Below are positions 60,660-64,000 of a DNA stretch of 64,000 bases, piece by piece (positions within the stretch are counted from its first letter, which is position 1; each line of letters begins with the position of its first letter). The notes beneath the pieces are model-generated. The model saw only the letters and a program-made list of their open reading frames with translations. It searched no databases and had not been told where the DNA came from. The position numbers were made by a program, and so were the translations under genes. The stretch lies in the NCBI GenBank assembly GCA_046313635.1, contig JBKBYA010000002.1, positions 64,001 through 128,000 on the forward strand. The letters are read 5' to 3'. The stretch comes from Pyrinomonadaceae bacterium (GTDB taxonomy: Bacteria; Acidobacteriota; Blastocatellia; Pyrinomonadales; Pyrinomonadaceae).

Positions 60660-60744
60660 ATCCGTCTGTAACTACGAGGCCGACCGTCACATTAGGCGCA
60701 CAATTGTCGATTGGATAGAATCTGAACTGTGATCCGCAACAACT

Positions 60745-62238
60745 ATGCAGGTTAAGACCTCGATCGACGAGCTTCAGAATTATCTGACCGACGCCAGCAA
60801 TATGCAGGGCGGGTTTGCCGAGAAGCTTTTTATTCCGGAGTCGGAGGCCGAGGTTTGCGAGATCGTGCGCGAGGCGAATGAAGCCGGAACGCTCGTCACC
60901 GTTTCAGGCGCTCGGACGGGCACGGTCGGCGGGGCGATACCGTTCGGGGGCTGCGTGATCTCGCTTGAGCGGCTCGACAAGATCAAGTCGATCGTTCGCG
61001 AAAGGCGCACGGCCGTCGTCGAGCCGGGCGTCGTGCTCGGCGACTTTCAAAGGACCGTCGATGCCGAGGGCTTGTTTTATCCGCCGGACCCGACAGAGTG
61101 GAGCTGCCAGATCGGCGGCACCGTCGCGACAAACGCGTCGGGCTCGCGAAGCTTCAAGTACGGCGCGACGCGCGAGTTTGTAAAGCGGCTGCGCGTCGTC
61201 CTTGCCGACGGCGATACGATCGAGATCAGGCGGGGTGAGAATGCGGCCGACAGCGAGGGCGTTATTCGATTGACGACATCCGGCGGCCGAACGATCTCGG
61301 CAAAGACGCCGACATTCAAGCGAGCCGCCGTCCGCAAAAACGTCAGCGGCTACTACGCCGAGCCGGCGATGGACGCGATCGATCTCTTTATCGGCAGCGA
61401 AGGCACGCTCGGCATCATCACCGAGATCGAGCTCGAGCTGTTGCCAAAGCCCGAGTCGTTCTTCAGCGGCATCGTATTTTTCCCAAACGAGGCCGACCTG
61501 CTGAATTTCGTCGACGCCGCACGCAGTCTCTCATTCGAAAATCGCAAATCGAAAATCGCAAATCCCCTCGACGCCTCCCTGCTCGAGTACTTCGACGATC
61601 AGGCGTTGACGTTCATCAGCGAGCGCTTTCCAGAGGTCCCCGAAGGCATGGCCGGCGCGATCTACTTCGAGCAGGAGACGAATGCGGAGAGCGAGGACCG
61701 TCTGCTCGAGGAGTGGAACGCGCTGCTCGAGAGGCACAACGCCGATCTCGAGCGTTCATGGTTCACGACGACCGACGCCGACCGCGAAAAGCTGCGCGAG
61801 TTTCGTCACGCGCTGCCGGTCGCCGTCAACGAACGCATCGCGCGTTACCGGCGGCGAAAGGTCGGTACAGACATGGCCGTGCCGGACGACAAGTTCGCGG
61901 GATTTTTGCGTTTCTATAAACAGATACTCGGCGAGAGCGGTCTCGACTACGTGATCTTCGGGCACATCGGCGACTGCCACCTGCACGCGAACATTCTCCC
62001 CAAAGACGCGGCCGAAGCGGAGAAAGCACGGCACATCTACGGCCGCTCGATCGCGCAGGCCGTGATGCTCGGCGGCGTCGTCTCGGCCGAGCACGGCATC
62101 GGCAAGCTGAAATCAAAATACCTCCACGTGATGCTCGGTGAGCGTTATCTGAACGAGATGGCCGAGGTCAAACGGGCGTTTGACCCGAAGGGAATTCTTG
62201 GCCGCGGCAATATGATCGCGGAGCGATTCTTGTTCTGA
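60745..62238 (+). CDS. FAD-binding oxidoreductase (GlcD/D-lactate dehydrogenase-like)
   Basis: YPPDP...IGGTVATNASG; GSEGTLGIITE; FGHIGDCHLH; SAEHGIG; FDPKGIL. Confidence 0.92.
   Translation: MQVKTSIDELQNYLTDASNMQGGFAEKLFIPESEAEVCEIVREANEAGTLVTVSGARTGTVGGAIPFGGCVISLERLDKIKSIVRERRTAVVEPGVVLGDFQRTVDAEGLFYPPDPTEWSCQIGGTVATNASGSRSFKYGATREFVKRLRVVLADGDTIEIRRGENAADSEGVIRLTTSGGRTISAKTPTFKRAAVRKNVSGYYAEPAMDAIDLFIGSEGTLGIITEIELELLPKPESFFSGIVFFPNEADLLNFVDAARSLSFENRKSKIANPLDASLLEYFDDQALTFISERFPEVPEGMAGAIYFEQETNAESEDRLLEEWNALLERHNADLERSWFTTTDADREKLREFRHALPVAVNERIARYRRRKVGTDMAVPDDKFAGFLRFYKQILGESGLDYVIFGHIGDCHLHANILPKDAAEAEKARHIYGRSIAQAVMLGGVVSAEHGIGKLKSKYLHVMLGERYLNEMAEVKRAFDPKGILGRGNMIAERFLF
61535..61564. 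repeat. 7-bp tandem repeat inside a CDS
   Basis: tcgaaaa tcgcaaa tcgaaaa tcgcaaa tc, encoding FENRKSKIANP. Confidence 0.7.
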
Positions 62239-62262
62239 GACTTTGTAGATAACATCGATCCT

Positions 62263-62958
62263 ATGACGGTAAAAGCACTCTTGTTCGACTTTAACGGCGT
62301 CGTCATCAACGACGAGCCGATCCAGATGCGCATCTACCAGCAGGTGCTCGCCGATCACGGCATCGCCCTCAGCGAGGCGGATTACTACTCGGCGCTCGGG
62401 ATGGATGACAAGACCTTTGTCCAGAACGCCTTTGCTCGTGCGGGCGCCGCGGCCGATGAGCTCAAGACGCTCGATGTCGTGACCGCCAAGTCGCAGCTCT
62501 GGCGCGAGGAGGTCGCGGCCGAGGTCCCGCTGTTCCCGAATGTCGAGAATTTCATTCGCAAGGCGGCGAACGAAATGGCCCTCGGCATCGTCAGCATGTC
62601 AAACCGCGCCGACATCGAATACATTCTCGAGCGGACAGATCTCACCGACTGCTTCGAGATCATCGTCAGCGCCGAGGACGTCGACAAGCCTAAGCCCGAC
62701 CCGCAGTGCTATCGCGAGGGCTTTCGCAAGCTCGATCTCGCGCGCATCGCCGCCGGTCACCTGCCGATGGTGCACAGCGAATGCGTCGTGATCGAGGACG
62801 CGCCGCCGGGCGTGGCCGCTGCGCGCGCGGCCGACCTGCAGGTGCTCGGCGTGACAAATACCGTCGCTGCCGGAGACCTCCGCGCGGCCGGTGCACGCTG
62901 GATCGCCAAAGATCTCAACGACTGGTGGCCCGAGTCGATCCGCAGAGCCTTTGCGTGA
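62263..62958 (+). CDS. HAD-superfamily phosphatase (beta-PGM/CbbY-like)
   Basis: LLFDFNGVV; KPKPDP; VVIEDAPPGVAAA. Confidence 0.9.
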   Translation: MTVKALLFDFNGVVINDEPIQMRIYQQVLADHGIALSEADYYSALGMDDKTFVQNAFARAGAAADELKTLDVVTAKSQLWREEVAAEVPLFPNVENFIRKAANEMALGIVSMSNRADIEYILERTDLTDCFEIIVSAEDVDKPKPDPQCYREGFRKLDLARIAAGHLPMVHSECVVIEDAPPGVAAARAADLQVLGVTNTVAAGDLRAAGARWIAKDLNDWWPESIRRAFA

Positions 62959-62964
62959 GGCTTG

Positions 62965-63047
62965 AAGTTCAAGGTTCAAAGTTCAAGGTTCAAAGTTGAG
63001 GCCGGATGAGCATTTAACTTTGGACCTTGAACTTTGAACTTTGGACC
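62965..63047. repeat. Intergenic inverted repeat of 7-bp tandem units
   Basis: aagttca aggttca aagttca aggttca aagttga, 15-nt spacer, taacttt ggacctt gaacttt gaacttt ggacc. Confidence 0.85.
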
Positions 63048-63059
63048 AACGAAGTTTTT

Positions 63060-64000
63060 ATGAGCGAACACTTCATTTCCCGAGCGGACGCCGTGTCCGA
63101 TCTGCTCTCGTGCGCGGCGTATCTGGCCGAGCGCATAACAAATCGAGACGGACATTCCGACGCGATCTCGGCCGTCGTCCCGCTATACCTCGCCGACGGA
63201 AATGTCGACCTAGCGGCGGAGCTTGCAAATTCGGTCGACGACCCGTTCACGCGCGACCGCCTGCTGACGCTCGTTGCCGAAAGGTGCGCGGCCGCAGACG
63301 ACGACGAGTATGCGCTCCAGCTCGCCGAGGCGATCGAGGACGCGGGCATCGCCGCGCAGGCGCTCGAGACGATCGCTCTGCAAAAGGCCGCGAAAGGGCA
63401 GCTCGACAGAGCGTCGGAGATCGCGGAGCAGATCGAGCATCCCGACTATGTCTTTGCGGCCGTCGCGACGCGGCTCGCCGCCGACGGCCGTGACGCCGAG
63501 GCCGACGAGATGCTCGAGCGCGTCGAGTATATAGCCGCCCGCGTCTCGGCCCTGCAGTCGATCGCCGCCGAATGTCAGGCTTCAGACGCCGAACGCAGCG
63601 TCGCCTATCTCGAACGCGCCGTGCACGAGGCCGCCGGCATCGAGCACGACGAAGAGCGGATACGCGCCTTTGTCGAGATCGGGAATCATCTCGTCGAGTT
63701 CGGCCGCAGCGATCTCGCGATCGACGCCTACGACAAGGCGCGAGCGTCGGCCGAGCAGCTCGACAATATGCACCGCGACTCGTTTCTCGCGGCGGCCGCA
63801 CTCGGCTTTTTGCACGCCGGCAGTCTCGATCTCGCAGAGCGCACGCTTGATCTCGTGACCGACAAGACGCAGCTCGCGTCAGCGCTCGTCGGGTACGCGC
63901 GAGAGTTCTGGAAAAAAGGTGAACGCGACGATGCGATCGAGTCGCTCGACGAGGCGTACCAGATCCTGCGTTCGCAGCGCGAGAGCGAGACGCGGAGCGC
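63060..64000 (+). CDS. Alpha-helical repeat (TPR-like) hypothetical protein, 3'-truncated by window edge
   Basis: ATG 63060 MSEHFISRADAVSDLLSCAAYLAE...; Ala/Leu/Glu-rich helical repeats; absent from the ORF track, consistent with no stop inside the window. Confidence 0.75.
   Translation, partial: MSEHFISRADAVSDLLSCAAYLAERITNRDGHSDAISAVVPLYLADGNVDLAAELANSVDDPFTRDRLLTLVAERCAAADDDEYALQLAEAIEDAGIAAQALETIALQKAAKGQLDRASEIAEQIEHPDYVFAAVATRLAADGRDAEADEMLERVEYIAARVSALQSIAAECQASDAERSVAYLERAVHEAAGIEHDEERIRAFVEIGNHLVEFGRSDLAIDAYDKARASAEQLDNMHRDSFLAAAALGFLHAGSLDLAERTLDLVTDKTQLASALVGYAREFWKKGERDDAIESLDEAYQILRSQRESETRS

Noticed and set aside
62965..63047. Short repeats as a CRISPR array (also 55257-55355 and 60085-60123)
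   Set aside because: Units are 7-9 bp and contiguous, with no unique spacers and no cas genes

Overview
A GC-rich bacterial chromosomal segment. Gene content and order (cohesin-tailed secretin, Oar-type TonB receptor, FG-GAP/BACON and S74 surface proteins) suggest Acidobacteriota, probably Blastocatellia; this is inference. From left to right it holds: the 3' end of cinA; a secretin/pseudopilin/PilM cluster; a SigW-like ECF sigma/anti-sigma module with a downstream DUF5666-TonB receptor unit; UDP-sugar genes; xylF-ROK; rimP-nusA-infB-rbfA-nrnA-cobO-pgpA; corA; an ABC-2 exporter; a hybrid kinase and NtrC regulator inside a stress-gene region with six sigma-54 (-24/-12) motifs; secreted proteins; accessory WD40 and TPR genes behind duplicated groEL 3' ends; groEL-groES with CIRCE; purC; uvrB; a GxxExxY nuclease gene; an FAD oxidoreductase; a HAD phosphatase. 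No tRNA, rRNA, CRISPR, transposase or integrase was seen. The most notable signals are: (1) a family of inverted-repeat elements built from 7-9 bp tandem units, one enclosing an intact GxxExxY nuclease gene, one a possible four-helix-bundle remnant, two empty and two inside coding sequences in frame; (2) a cassette array with repeated groEL 3' end/terminator copies; (3) a candidate sigma-54 stress regulon of small proteins; (4) a metallothionein missed by the ORF track; (5) a candidate ECF-driven sRNA with an anti-Shine-Dalgarno loop. All family assignments come from motif recognition by eye, not database searches.
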